DNA from: a phage
DNA length: 64,000 nt
Reading direction: 5' to 3' (one strand)
Sequence record: PQ724394.1
Shown here: positions 52,337 to 61,644 of the stretch, in pieces
Numbering within the stretch: position 1 is the stretch's first letter
Layout: each line of letters opens with the position of its first letter
Program-made: the position numbers and the translations under genes
The notes under the pieces: model-generated
What the model saw: the letters and a program-made list of their open reading frames with translations, nothing else
Told to the model about the DNA's origin: nothing
The model's database searches: none

Positions 52337-53116
52337 ATGGCAGTAGTAGGAATTCCTGGTTGGATTGGAACTTCGGCCGTTGCGGAAACAGGCCAACGCT
52401 GGATGTCAGCAGCTTCTAGAGAATTACGTCTAGGGAACCCATCTTGGATGTCGCAATTTGCTGGTAGGTCTCGTGAGATTATTCATACCCTTGGAGCGGA
52501 CCACAACTTCAACGGGCAATGGTTTAGAGACCGTTGTTTTGAAGCCGGCGGTGCTCCTATAGTGTTTAATATCACAGGCGACTTAGTATCATATACTAAA
52601 GATGTTCCGTTGTTCTTTATGTACGGTGATACCCCTAACGAATATGTTACTTTGAATATTCATGGTGGTGTTCATATGTGGGGCCGAGGTGGCAACGGTA
52701 CAGTAAATGGAAGCCCAGGCACTAATGGTGGTGACGTAATCCAAAATGATATTGGTGGACGACTTCGCATTTGGAACTATGGTGTGATAGCCTCCGGCGG
52801 TGGCGGCGGCGGTGGCGTATCATTACAGAATAGTTGGCCTGCAAATTCTACAGCAGGTGGCGGTGGCGGCAGACCATTTGGTCTCGGCGGCGGTGGTGTT
52901 AATTGGCCAGGCGGCAATGCTAGTTATGTTGGTCCAGGTGGCGGTGGTAATACAAGCCAATTTGGCGCTGGCAATGGTGGTGATGCTGGAGGTTGGGGCG
53001 GAGACGGATGGGGTAGTAACTTATCCAGGTCAGGTGGTGGTGCTCCTGGTAGAGCAGTATTCGGTTCCTCCCCATCATGGGGCGCTACAGGCACTATCTA
53101 CGGCTCTTGGTTATAA
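52337..53116 (+). CDS. 38: T2-type receptor-recognising adhesin gp38 (glycine-rich motifs)
   Basis: 259 aa; C-terminal half has repeated poly-Gly blocks (GGGGGGVS…[14 protein letters not shown]…GPGGGGN…) separated by short variable segments. Confidence 0.8.
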   Translation: MAVVGIPGWIGTSAVAETGQRWMSAASRELRLGNPSWMSQFAGRSREIIHTLGADHNFNGQWFRDRCFEAGGAPIVFNITGDLVSYTKDVPLFFMYGDTPNEYVTLNIHGGVHMWGRGGNGTVNGSPGTNGGDVIQNDIGGRLRIWNYGVIASGGGGGGGVSLQNSWPANSTAGGGGGRPFGLGGGGVNWPGGNASYVGPGGGGNTSQFGAGNGGDAGGWGGDGWGSNLSRSGGGAPGRAVFGSSPSWGATGTIYGSWL

Positions 53117-53132
53117 TACGAAAGTATTAAAT

Positions 53133-53140
53133 TATAAATA
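53133..53140 (+). promoter_or_regulatory. T4-type late promoter (TATAAATA) for holin gene t
   Basis: Exact TATAAATA about 19 nt upstream of the t start. Confidence 0.55.
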
Positions 53141-53158
53141 TCTTTAAAGGAGAAAAGT

Positions 53159-53812
53159 ATGGAACCAAAAGTAGGATTTTCATTATCAGACCTACTTTTT
53201 GGACTTCTTGATAGAATTTTTAAAGATACTTCTTCCGGGAAAGTAGTTTTTTCCCGGGTCCTAGTCGTAATATTATTGTTCTTTATGGCATTAGTTTGGT
53301 ATAAAGGCGAGCATATTCTAAACTTTTATAAAGAGACAACTTATGCCTCTTATACTGAAATGATTAGACAAGACCAGGACAATAGATTTAAAATTGCGGC
53401 TATCGAGCAGCTCCGAATAGTGCATTCTTCTTCAGGCGCAGACTTCACAGCAATATATTCTTTTAGGCCGACCAACATGAATTATTTTGTGGACATGGTT
53501 GCTTATGAGGGTAAATTACCGGAAACGGTAGACGCAAAAAATACGGGAGGATTTCCGATTGACAAAACGTCAGTAGAGTATATGGCGGGAGTTAACGGGA
53601 ACTATTTTGAATCATCTACTGAATCTGTGTTTCTCCCTACAAAGGAGAAAACCCATTTCACTTATATGTTTTCATGCCCGTTTTTTAATTTGGATAACAT
53701 CTATGCCGGCTCGATATCATTATACTGGTATGACATCAAACCGGATTTAGGATTTCCTAGACTTTCGTCTATGTGTGGTCAGGCCGGGAGGACATTAGGT
53801 CGAACTCGTTAA
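53159..53812 (+). CDS. t: Holin / lysis inhibition protein T
   Basis: 217 aa; matches T4 T (single TM VLVVILLFFMALVWY, …FSCPFFNLDNIYAGSISLYWY…). Confidence 0.85.
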   Translation: MEPKVGFSLSDLLFGLLDRIFKDTSSGKVVFSRVLVVILLFFMALVWYKGEHILNFYKETTYASYTEMIRQDQDNRFKIAAIEQLRIVHSSSGADFTAIYSFRPTNMNYFVDMVAYEGKLPETVDAKNTGGFPIDKTSVEYMAGVNGNYFESSTESVFLPTKEKTHFTYMFSCPFFNLDNIYAGSISLYWYDIKPDLGFPRLSSMCGQAGRTLGRTR

Positions 53813-54084
53813 AAATTGGAGGTATACATCATTAGATAACGGTGTATATCTTCATACCCTTCATTAAATTGCTCAATAAGAGTATCACGTTCATCTTCAG
53901 TTAAAGACTTAAAGAGTTTATTAAAAGATAGGCCATTAAGTTCCTTTCCATGTTCATTACGAATACCTAACTCATTCAAAAAGGCAATAAACTCATCACG
54001 ACGTTGCATGATGTCTTCACAATCCGTTTTAATCAAAATGGAAACAATAGTAGCAATTTCGGAAACGATTTCAATTTTAGTCAT
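53809..54084 (-). CDS. asiA: Anti-sigma70 factor AsiA
   Basis: 91 aa; matches T4 AsiA (…EIATIVSILIK…FIAFLNELGI…DTLIEQFNEGYE…YLMMYT). Confidence 0.85.
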   Translation of the reverse strand: MTKIEIVSEIATIVSILIKTDCEDIMQRRDEFIAFLNELGIRNEHGKELNGLSFNKLFKSLTEDERDTLIEQFNEGYEDIHRYLMMYTSNF

Positions 54085-54142
54085 TTTAATTTACTCAAGT
54101 ATTCAATAGGACATTCATTTATTCAGTAAGAATATTGTAACA

Positions 54143-54394
54143 CTATTCTTCTAGATTGTACACATGATTTTTCATCCGTACAACATATTCCTGATACATT
54201 TCTTCAATAGGTTCCTGGAACTTAAAATCAGCTCCTAGGAATTCCTCAAAGCACTCCTGCTCACGTGTACGCATACCTGTTACGGTATTCTCTAAGTTAT
54301 GACTCATAGCCTTTACCCTTATGTTTCTGCTTACGCTTAGACTCTTTAAAATTTTTCTTCTTGTCCTTATGGACCGAAGCCTTATTGAAATCAT
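54143..54394 (-). CDS. Hypothetical early protein
   Basis: 83 aa ORF in asiA-motA interval. Confidence 0.35.
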   Translation of the reverse strand: MISIRLRSIRTRRKILKSLSVSRNIRVKAMSHNLENTVTGMRTREQECFEEFLGADFKFQEPIEEMYQEYVVRMKNHVYNLEE

Positions 54395-54396
54395 GC

Positions 54397-54681
54397 TTAG
54401 CTACAAGATTGTTCATCACGTAATTTCCTTAATTGATATTCAAGAGAACTGATAATTTCTTTATTAGTTGCAATATACATATCACGTAGGAACGGCTTCA
54501 ACCCTTCCATATTCCCATGAATTGTCTTAGAACTAATATTCTTTATATATTCATGGTCTAATGCATCCCAAGCCGGCTGGTTGACATAAGTTCCCCAATT
54601 ATCTTCAACCATAACATTCAGACGTTTAATATGGTTGATATGGGCTTCGATTGCATCAATCTGGAGTTGTTTAAGATTCAT
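54397..54681 (-). CDS. Hypothetical early protein
   Basis: 94 aa ORF. Confidence 0.35.
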   Translation of the reverse strand: MNLKQLQIDAIEAHINHIKRLNVMVEDNWGTYVNQPAWDALDHEYIKNISSKTIHGNMEGLKPFLRDMYIATNKEIISSLEYQLRKLRDEQSCS

Positions 54682-55169
54682 TAGTAAAGGTCCTCAGAGT
54701 AAAGTTCTTTTTCACTACCACCACGTTCAATACGAACTTGATTAGCATATGTTGCAATAATCATTGCTTCTTCGCGAGTCCAATAATTTGAGTATTGGTC
54801 GATAAATCCTTGGTCATCACCGCAAACATGCTCAGATACAAGTTTATCACTTACTTGGTCAAGCACTTCTGCCATATCTTTAGAATAATGTCGAGCGCCA
54901 GGAATAACCAAAGTCCCACCGTCTTTTAACTTAAAGCGGTTGGCTGCACACACAATTCGTCGCTGATATTTTTCATTGTTATTCCAATGAGCAATCTGCC
55001 AACAGATTTCAGGAACCTCTTCCAAAACATCCTCTTCCGAATATTCAGTGTAATCACCATAGGCCCGTAATTTGGCCGCTAAGCTTTCAGGCGTCTCGCG
55101 AGAAAGAGCTTTATCTAATAAAGCCATACGGTCTTTAAAAGATAATTCTTTACCTTTTAATGGATTCAT
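54681..55169 (-). CDS. Hypothetical early protein
   Basis: 162 aa ORF. Confidence 0.4.
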   Translation of the reverse strand: MNPLKGKELSFKDRMALLDKALSRETPESLAAKLRAYGDYTEYSEEDVLEEVPEICWQIAHWNNNEKYQRRIVCAANRFKLKDGGTLVIPGARHYSKDMAEVLDQVSDKLVSEHVCGDDQGFIDQYSNYWTREEAMIIATYANQVRIERGGSEKELYSEDLY

Positions 55170-55525
55170 TTCACAATTACCTTATAGCCTTTAACTTTAG
55201 AAAATGATTGGATTTTGGAACCGGTTTCTATCAACATATCTTCATTAGAAGAAGATAGCATGATATCCACAATTTGGCCTTTACCGTATGGGTTGATAGA
55301 AACTTCTTCCTCGGCAATCATAGCTAAAAATCTATTTAACTGCATACCAAATTCAAGAGTCACTTCATGAATACGAAGGTTAAGCTGGTATACTTTCTTA
55401 ACACCGTTAACTAAGGAAGTCATTTCACCCCATGCATTACGTTGTTCTTCGCGAGGCTCTTCAATCAATTTAAGGGAATGGCCTTCGCCGTCCCAGTTAA
55501 GTTCCATCGGAATCATTTGAACCAT
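55166..55525 (-). CDS. Hypothetical early protein
   Basis: 119 aa ORF. Confidence 0.4.
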   Translation of the reverse strand: MVQMIPMELNWDGEGHSLKLIEEPREEQRNAWGEMTSLVNGVKKVYQLNLRIHEVTLEFGMQLNRFLAMIAEEEVSINPYGKGQIVDIMLSSSNEDMLIETGSKIQSFSKVKGYKVIVK

Positions 55526-55842
55526 CCTTTAACACGTTGCCATAAAGTTTTCTGTTGAGCTTTATTAACACCAATTGAACGAATGACCGGTTGTGATTCC
55601 TGGTATTCTTTGTAGTCGGCTTTATAGACTTCATAAGCAGCCGGAACAAAGGTGCTGATGGCCGCCATAAAGTTCTTACGAATTCCCATAGAAGCTTCAG
55701 AACCACCACGGATGATTAAGTATTTACCCGCTTTAATCTTAACAATAGTTCCAAGATAAGCGCCATGGTACCAAATATCCCAACCTTCTTGAGTAGGTTC
55801 TGCACAACGACGAAGTTCATTAACAATATTCAGCTTGTTCAT
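55513..55842 (-). CDS. Hypothetical early protein
   Basis: 109 aa ORF. Confidence 0.4.
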   Translation of the reverse strand: MNKLNIVNELRRCAEPTQEGWDIWYHGAYLGTIVKIKAGKYLIIRGGSEASMGIRKNFMAAISTFVPAAYEVYKADYKEYQESQPVIRSIGVNKAQQKTLWQRVKGWFK

Positions 55843-55860
55843 AATAATTTCCTCAGTCAG

Positions 55861-56493
55861 TTAAATTGCGTTGGTTACGGTTTTGATAACTTCAGATGAT
55901 ACGTTTTGGAAGTCGATATAAGTATTCTTACCACCAGTCTTAATCTTAACATCAAGATTCAAGGAAGTAAACACTTGTTTTTCTTTATCAGTCATATTAT
56001 AACCGAAGATACGCATCATTCCGTCACGACGGACTTCGATTTGACGAATACCGTTGGTACGTTTAGCGAATCGAACTTCAAGATTGCTACGGTTTTCAGC
56101 GATTTCACGAATCTCGATACGGTCTTCTAACAAAGATTTAACTTCATCAGCCAATACCACCATTTCAGGAGTAACACCACGCGAACTGCGAGTTTTACGT
56201 TTTTCCAACATCTCTGGAGCATTTTCAGAAGCGAACAGGTCAGCAGCTTTTTGAACTAGGTCCATTGCTTCACCCGTAGCCACCAGTCCATCACCAGATT
56301 TTTCGATGAATCCTTTCTTAATCAATACACCGATGTTAGAGTTAACTACCGCTGCACTAAATTGTTCACTCAGGGCTTCACGGACTTCGCCTGAAGTGAT
56401 GAAGTTATTCTTGATGATATGTACTAAGATAGAAGCCGTTTTTTCATTCAGGACGTCTTCAGAAGCTTTGATGATATAAGTAATTTTAGACAT
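55861..56493 (-). CDS. motA: Middle transcription activator MotA
   Basis: 211 aa from ATG 56493 (MSKITYIIKASEDVLNEKTA…), matches T4 MotA; the ORF-track start is an upstream TTG. Confidence 0.85.
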   Translation of the reverse strand: MSKITYIIKASEDVLNEKTASILVHIIKNNFITSGEVREALSEQFSAAVVNSNIGVLIKKGFIEKSGDGLVATGEAMDLVQKAADLFASENAPEMLEKRKTRSSRGVTPEMVVLADEVKSLLEDRIEIREIAENRSNLEVRFAKRTNGIRQIEVRRDGMMRIFGYNMTDKEKQVFTSLNLDVKIKTGGKNTYIDFQNVSSEVIKTVTNAI

Positions 56494-56527
56494 TTTAATC
56501 TCCGATAACCATTTATTTGATAGGTCT

Positions 56528-56556
56528 ATAGTATCATGTTTAAAGCAGAAGTAAAC
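56528..56556 (-). promoter_or_regulatory. T4-type early promoter for motA
   Basis: Minus strand GTTTAC-N17-TACTAT, about 35 nt upstream of motA ATG. Confidence 0.6.
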
Positions 56557-56594
56557 TTTATTAGAGCTCTTTTTCAAGAGCTCTAATAAAGTAC

Positions 56595-56822
56595 TTACTT
56601 AATGTTCAGATTACGAACTTCGATTTCGTCTTCAGGGGCAAAATCAAACTGTTTGAATTCTGTGTCACCTTTAAATTTAAAAATCATTGTGAAGAAAGTC
56701 AGAACACCGGGTTTTTCTTCACGAACTCCACAGATATCATATTCAATACCATCTACAACCAGTTTGTTAGCAGTCAGAGCATTTTTAGCTTTAACGATTT
56801 CGTTTTCGATTTTAAATTTCAT
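56595..56822 (-). CDS. Hypothetical early protein
   Basis: 75 aa ORF with own early promoter. Confidence 0.4.
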   Translation of the reverse strand: MKFKIENEIVKAKNALTANKLVVDGIEYDICGVREEKPGVLTFFTMIFKFKGDTEFKQFDFAPEDEIEVRNLNIK

Positions 56823-56870
56823 TTTTGTATCTCCCGGTTGTTTGTTTCAGTTCATTTATTTGATAGGTCT

Positions 56871-56899
56871 ATAGTATCATGTTTAAAGCAGATGTAAAC
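56871..56899 (-). promoter_or_regulatory. T4-type early promoter (near-identical cassette to the motA promoter)
   Basis: Minus strand GTTTAC-N17-TACTAT; about 45 bp nearly identical to 56512-56556. Confidence 0.6.
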
Positions 56900-56910
56900 A
56901 CTTTTTTGCA

Positions 56911-56940
56911 CTAAACCCAAAAAGGAACCCGAAGGTTCCT
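56911..56940 (-). terminator. Rho-independent terminator (cUUCGg hairpin plus U-run)
   Basis: Minus strand aggaacc-UUCG-gguuccu followed by UUUUUGGGUUU. Confidence 0.7.
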
Positions 56941-57044
56941 TACTTTTTAAAGTGAGCCGCTATTAGACCTATAGCTAAGCCCGTTGCCAGGCCTAGGATA
57001 ACAGCAAAGATACAGAGTAACAAGAACTCAACTCCAAGGCTCAT
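56940..57044 (-). CDS. Small membrane peptide (34 aa), hypothetical
   Basis: Own translation MSLGVEFLLLCIFAVILGLATGLAIGLIAAHFKK; ATGA overlap with gene 52 stop. Confidence 0.4.
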   Translation of the reverse strand: MSLGVEFLLLCIFAVILGLATGLAIGLIAAHFKK

Positions 57045-58420
57045 AGAGCCTCCAAATCTTTAATATACTCAGTTACAACATCAGTGGTTTTCCAGTATTG
57101 GTGCTCTTCCTTCTTAGCCTTAGCTTCGAGGGCCAATTTCTTGGCTTCGTCAGAGGTAATATGGAAAATATTCATTGCTACAAGTTTATCAGCATATTCG
57201 CCATAGACTTTGTTACTGGCCAATTCTTCGGTTAAAACCTTACGGGTCTTACCTTGGATAACCACTACGCCATCAATAACATCTTTAATGAATGTAGCTT
57301 TAGCCAGGGCCAGTTTGAAAGCTTCTTCGGTTTCGATGATTTTACCATCAATACGTTTTTGTACAAAGGTCTTACGGACCTCAACGAAATCACGAATCAG
57401 TTCAACTGCATCTTCGTAAACCTTAAGTTTACCTTTCTCATTAATAACGGTCAGGTTTTGCGAACGACGTTCGATTAACCCAAAGTCTTTCATGATTTTT
57501 TCGTGCTTCTTATTTTCTTCAGTAGGCAATTCATATTCTTTACGAATCTTAACCTTGAAGCCGAAACCATTCTCGTCACAGTCGTCATCATACGTGATAT
57601 ACCCTTTGTCTTCTAAAGGGTCCAGAACCTTGGCCACATACGTTTCACGGTCATATTTGTACGGGATTTCTGTGATATGCATTTGGGTTCGAGATGTGAA
57701 CTTATAGGTCCCACGAATCTCATAACTTCCAGGTTCAATCTCAACAACTTCACCACGGAATTCCGGATAAGCCACCTTAGGCTTGGTTACGCGTTTTTCT
57801 TGAAGAACCTGCAATACAGCTTTCTTAACAGAATCAAAACTATGAGGAAGGATATTAGTTGCATAACCAGTTGCAATACCGGAAATACCATTAAGAAGAA
57901 CAGTAGGAATAATAGGCAGATAAAAAGCTGGTGGCTTATGTTCGACATCCGCATGAACCGGAGCATATTCTGTATCCTTATAAACCTTTGCGAAATTAGT
58001 TCCAATTCGTGCAAAAATATAACGAGATGCCGCTGCTTTTTGAACCAAACGAGAACCAAAGTTACCTTGTCCATCTAACAGTGGGAAGTTGTTGTTCCAT
58101 GTGTTGGCCATCAAAGCCCCTGCTTCCTGAGCAGAACCTTCACCATGGTGGTATCCAAGGTCGGCTACACCACCTGCAATAGAAGCTAGTTTGTGGAATT
58201 TTTCTTTATTACCACGAGCCATATCAAGACAACGAGCAACTACAAAACGTTGTACAGGTTTAAAACCGTCAATCATATTTGGAATGGCGCGGTTTTCGAC
58301 AGTATACATTGCGTAAGCCAGCGCTTCGTTGTCGATGATGCTTTTTAAGTCACGACGAGTAAAAGCATCATCGTAAACATCTAAGGATTGTTTAAAAAGG
58401 GTATCAATTACATCAGCCAT
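57041..58420 (-). CDS. 52: DNA topoisomerase II medium subunit gp52
   Basis: Matches T4 gp52 (RDLKSIIDNEALAYAMYTVENRAIPNMIDGFKPVQR…); catalytic-Tyr region present. Confidence 0.85.
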   Translation of the reverse strand: MADVIDTLFKQSLDVYDDAFTRRDLKSIIDNEALAYAMYTVENRAIPNMIDGFKPVQRFVVARCLDMARGNKEKFHKLASIAGGVADLGYHHGEGSAQEAGALMANTWNNNFPLLDGQGNFGSRLVQKAAASRYIFARIGTNFAKVYKDTEYAPVHADVEHKPPAFYLPIIPTVLLNGISGIATGYATNILPHSFDSVKKAVLQVLQEKRVTKPKVAYPEFRGEVVEIEPGSYEIRGTYKFTSRTQMHITEIPYKYDRETYVAKVLDPLEDKGYITYDDDCDENGFGFKVKIRKEYELPTEENKKHEKIMKDFGLIERRSQNLTVINEKGKLKVYEDAVELIRDFVEVRKTFVQKRIDGKIIETEEAFKLALAKATFIKDVIDGVVVIQGKTRKVLTEELASNKVYGEYADKLVAMNIFHITSDEAKKLALEAKAKKEEHQYWKTTDVVTEYIKDLEAL

Positions 58421-58424
58421 AATT

Positions 58425-58565
58425 TTACCATACTAGTGAATGAATAACCATAATAACATCGGAAATAAAAAGCACAACTTGGATAAGACCGAATATTACT
58501 CCATAATACAGCGCTACTAATAAAGCAGCAAGGGCTACAGAGTAGCCCAGGATTTGTTTAATCAT
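58425..58565 (-). CDS. Small hydrophobic peptide (46 aa), hypothetical
   Basis: Own translation MIKQILGYSVALAALLVALYYGVIFGLIQVVLFISDVIMVIHSLVW; ATGA overlap with upstream ORF. Confidence 0.35.
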   Translation of the reverse strand: MIKQILGYSVALAALLVALYYGVIFGLIQVVLFISDVIMVIHSLVW

Positions 58566-58726
58566 TTCTTGACCAAGGCTTCCAGAAATTTAACGATTGC
58601 ATCAATTACGAACCAAGTGCAAATAAATCCAACAGCGAAAGGACCTGGAACCCACACACCAGCAGCAAAAAGGGTTACCCACACAATAACAATCACGAGC
58701 CAGATAAAAGTATAAATCGGTTGCAT
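58562..58726 (-). CDS. Small hydrophobic peptide (54 aa), possibly ac-like membrane protein
   Basis: Own translation MQPIYTFIWLVIVIVWVTLFAAGVWVPGPFAVGFICTWFVIDAIVKFLEALVKK; position upstream of gene 52 where T4 has ac/stp. Confidence 0.35.
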   Translation of the reverse strand: MQPIYTFIWLVIVIVWVTLFAAGVWVPGPFAVGFICTWFVIDAIVKFLEALVKK

Positions 58727-58813
58727 AATTTCCTCACAAGCGTCCGAAGACGCCTTTGGTTTTAAGATTGTTACGATAGAACTGCATCACATGTTCGTTA
58801 TGGAAATTACTCA

Positions 58814-59263
58814 TTAGTAAGCCTGCAGAACGAATTTGAAGTTATCGGCCAACATGCGGTTCATTTCTTCCAGAGTCTGAAGGTCGGAACTATGGTTGCG
58901 AGTGAAAGCCATTGCAATTTGACCTTTACCAAAGCCTGTGGTCAGTGGTTTCATTTTAGAAGCTGGCACATAAAGAACTTCGTACAGAACACCATTTACG
59001 GCCATGGTACGAGCTGATTGTGAACGTTTCTTACGAATGTTAGCCACGATACCATCAAGACCTTGAGCTGAACGTTGGTTGCCGACATAAAAACGAGCGG
59101 CTACGACACGAGAATCTGCTTCACCTTTAACAAAGAAGTAGAAGCCGGGCTGAGCCGAGATTTCTTTAGAAGGCTTACCATTTTGGTATTCGCCATTCTT
59201 AACATAAGCAACAGTAGTAGCACCAGCAGACAGAACGTTACCGCGAGTCATATAAGTATTCAT
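58814..59263 (-). CDS. ndd: Nucleoid disruption protein Ndd
   Basis: 149 aa; C-terminal half (…[10 protein letters not shown]…[16 protein letters not shown]…[20 protein letters not shown]) matches T4 Ndd as recalled. Confidence 0.7.
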
Positions 59264-59340
59264 ATCAATTTCCTCAGTAGATTAATGTTTTGTTATCCAG
59301 TCAACGAGAACCATTATAACATGATTCTCGAGGTTGTAAA

Positions 59341-59685
59341 CTATTTTTGTAGCTGTTCTAAAATAAATCCGCTTGTATAAAAGGAAGCATTATAAACCTT
59401 ATTCAGCGGGTTCAAAGCACGTCCATAGGTATCACGTAATTCTTCGATAACATTTTCGTAGCTCACATAGTAAGCACTACGATAGTCAGGGTCCATGCTC
59501 ATACGGAATTTGATGAATCGATAAAACCCTGTATCCGGGTCTTGAACGAAAACGAAATCCGCACTTGCCATAGTTTTTGAATCTAACCCAGTAACCAGTT
59601 CTTGATTAAAGGCTGCCAATGCCTCTTTAAGACTGAGTTGCTCAAAGAACATAACCTTAGCATTACCAAAAAATACTTTAGACAT
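59341..59685 (-). CDS. Hypothetical early protein
   Basis: 114 aa ORF. Confidence 0.4.
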   Translation of the reverse strand: MSKVFFGNAKVMFFEQLSLKEALAAFNQELVTGLDSKTMASADFVFVQDPDTGFYRFIKFRMSMDPDYRSAYYVSYENVIEELRDTYGRALNPLNKVYNASFYTSGFILEQLQK

Positions 59686-59699
59686 AATATTTTCCTCAA

Positions 59700-59924
59700 T
59701 TATTCAGAGTCGACTTCTTCTGATAATTCCATCAGTTCATCAACCGTGAAACACTCTGTATTATTTTCAATAGCAAAACGCTTTTGATAAAAAGGATAAT
59801 CCAAACAGTTTTCAGTACGAATAGGCCGCTCGCTATTATCCATTAAAGGAGAAATACGAATCAATTGTTGACCATTACCTAAGACAAATTTTTCACCAAC
59901 TGCGATATCTTTAAAAAGTTTCAT
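59700..59924 (-). CDS. Hypothetical early protein
   Basis: Start taken at the internal ATG with SD. Confidence 0.35.
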   Translation of the reverse strand: MKLFKDIAVGEKFVLGNGQQLIRISPLMDNSERPIRTENCLDYPFYQKRFAIENNTECFTVDELMELSEEVDSE

Positions 59925-59940
59925 AATATTTTCCTCGGAA

Positions 59941-60087
59941 TTAAAGAACTTCTTCAATTTGGATGTATTCGCTATATCCTTCCTCGATGAGGATATCACG
60001 GGCGCAGTCAGCGCTGATATAAAAATTAAAACTAACGGTAGTAATCACTTTACCATGCAACTTTACTTTATAAATTCGATTACCCAT
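59941..60087 (-). CDS. Hypothetical small early protein
   Basis: Start taken at ATG 60087 with SD gagga. Confidence 0.35.
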   Translation of the reverse strand: MGNRIYKVKLHGKVITTVSFNFYISADCARDILIEEGYSEYIQIEEVL

Positions 60088-60097
60088 AATATTTTCC

Positions 60098-60208
60098 TCA
60101 GAAGTTAAAGAATACACGTACATGGTCAATCATAAAAACTATTGGGAAAATGCTCAATACTACTAACAACACAAACATATTCCAAATTGCTTTAAGTAAG
60201 TTTTTCAT
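60098..60208 (-). CDS. Small hydrophobic peptide (36 aa), hypothetical
   Basis: Own translation MKNLLKAIWNMFVLLVVLSIFPIVFMIDHVRVFFNF; SD ggag and early promoter directly upstream. Confidence 0.35.
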   Translation of the reverse strand: MKNLLKAIWNMFVLLVVLSIFPIVFMIDHVRVFFNF

Positions 60209-60234
60209 AATCATCTCCATTAGTTGATAGGTCT

Positions 60235-60263
60235 ATAATATCATGTCTAATGGAGATGTAAAC
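60235..60263 (-). promoter_or_regulatory. T4-type early promoter whose spacer is complementary to the downstream RBS/start region
   Basis: Minus strand GTTTAC-N17-TATTAT; 12-bp inverted repeat catctccattag (60212-60223) / ctaatggagatg (60247-60258). Confidence 0.55.
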
Positions 60264-60488
60264 TGATTTATCGTTTTTCGTAGTATTCTATTATACCACC
60301 GTAAGTTCTTTGGGCATTTAAAGCCTGGCACTCAAAAATGTAATCGCGCATAACTAACCAGTTACCGAACTTATCTTTACCAAATTTATGTATATACATA
60401 AATCCTCATTATAAAATTATAATTAAACTAAAACATATACAAATAAATGGAATACAAGTCATCCAAATAAAGCACCAGGTTTTGCTAC

Positions 60489-60755
60489 TCAAAATACAAC
60501 CTCTTTTATCTCAATCAAACCACGGTGCAATGCAGTGCGGAGGTCGTAAAGAATATCTATACCATCAACATTATCCAGCTTGCCATCAATAAGCTTTTTT
60601 AAATCTTCCTTTGATGCAATCAACGGGCGAAGAAATTTACATTCAGAAAGAGATAACTCTGTAGTAACATTATCACCTTCACCTGATGCATCATACATAG
60701 CGGCAACAACCATACCCGTAACTTTGTGTTTAGCGTAATATAATTTGATATCCAT
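60489..60755 (-). CDS. Hypothetical early protein
   Basis: Start at ATG 60755 (MDIKLYYAKHK) downstream of an early promoter. Confidence 0.4.
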   Translation of the reverse strand: MDIKLYYAKHKVTGMVVAAMYDASGEGDNVTTELSLSECKFLRPLIASKEDLKKLIDGKLDNVDGIDILYDLRTALHRGLIEIKEVVF

Positions 60756-60783
60756 TTTGTTCTCCTCATTAGTTGATAGGAAG

Positions 60784-60813
60784 ATAGTAACACCATCCAT
60801 GGCGTATGTAAAC
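60784..60813 (-). promoter_or_regulatory. T4-type early promoter
   Basis: Minus strand GTTTAC-N18-TACTAT. Confidence 0.5.
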
Positions 60814-60827
60814 ACTTATTTTAAAAA

Positions 60828-61385
60828 TTATAAGGCGAGATACCAGCCGTTGTAATTACTCTTACGGACTAGCTTTTTGATGGATTCTCTGTCACCAGAG
60901 AACTTAGGAGTGAACAGGACGTCGCCTGCCTCATTTACTGAAGTGTCGAATATAATTATACAATCTGCAACTTTATGATTCAAGAGCGGCCCCAGGTTAA
61001 TCCCTGTTCCATAAGGGAAGTCACCCGAGTATCCTGTAGTGCAGGAAATCCACTTAGAATCAGATTGGTGGGTCTTGACCTCTACACGTAGTCCACAGTA
61101 CATAGGATGGGCTAAAACATCCCAGGCGTAGGTATAAGGGTCGTCATGGTCTTCCAGACCACTGTTGACGTATCCTTTCAACCAATCAGCAACCATGTAC
61201 TCTGCATACGTCGCAATAACACACCTAGTCAATACTTCTTTCTTATCTTGGGATGGGTCTTGGCTTAAGGAATATAATACGGTATCCTTAATCTTGACCT
61301 TCATTTCACCCGTTAAATCAGATGTCTTCAGGGTAAATGTCGGCATCTTCGACAGTCGAACTAGTCCCGGATTTGACGGATTCAT
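60828..61385 (-). CDS. denB: Putative endonuclease IV DenB (positional; start uncertain)
   Basis: 185 aa from the MNPSNPG Met, equal to T4 DenB length; located between ndd block and rIIB. Confidence 0.5.
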   Translation of the reverse strand: MNPSNPGLVRLSKMPTFTLKTSDLTGEMKVKIKDTVLYSLSQDPSQDKKEVLTRCVIATYAEYMVADWLKGYVNSGLEDHDDPYTYAWDVLAHPMYCGLRVEVKTHQSDSKWISCTTGYSGDFPYGTGINLGPLLNHKVADCIIIFDTSVNEAGDVLFTPKFSGDRESIKKLVRKSNYNGWYLAL

Positions 61386-61644
61386 AATCACCACCAATAT
61401 ACAATTCTTCGACGTGAACATTACCAAAATAGATACGAGAGTTTTCACTCAATTTACTGTGGTCTAATTTTTTAAGGTTTTCAACTGAATCGAAAATCAC
61501 GTCTGTTGCAAAAAGATGGCCTGTAGCTTTATCAGATTTGATTACATCTACACAATAAACCTTATCGGCCACATGATTACCTTGGAGATAACTATCTTTG
61601 ATATCTTCGTCGCCGACGTTCATGTAATTAATCATTTTACTCAC
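61318..61644 (-). CDS. Hypothetical early protein
   Basis: 108 aa ORF. Confidence 0.4.
   Translation of the reverse strand: MSKMINYMNVGDEDIKDSYLQGNHVADKVYCVDVIKSDKATGHLFATDVIFDSVENLKKLDHSKLSENSRIYFGNVHVEELYIGGDYESVKSGTSSTVEDADIYPEDI

Noticed and set aside
52800-53147. 115-aa alternative-frame ORF inside gene 38
   Set aside because: Generated by the GGT/GGC-rich glycine codon repeats of gp38 read in another frame
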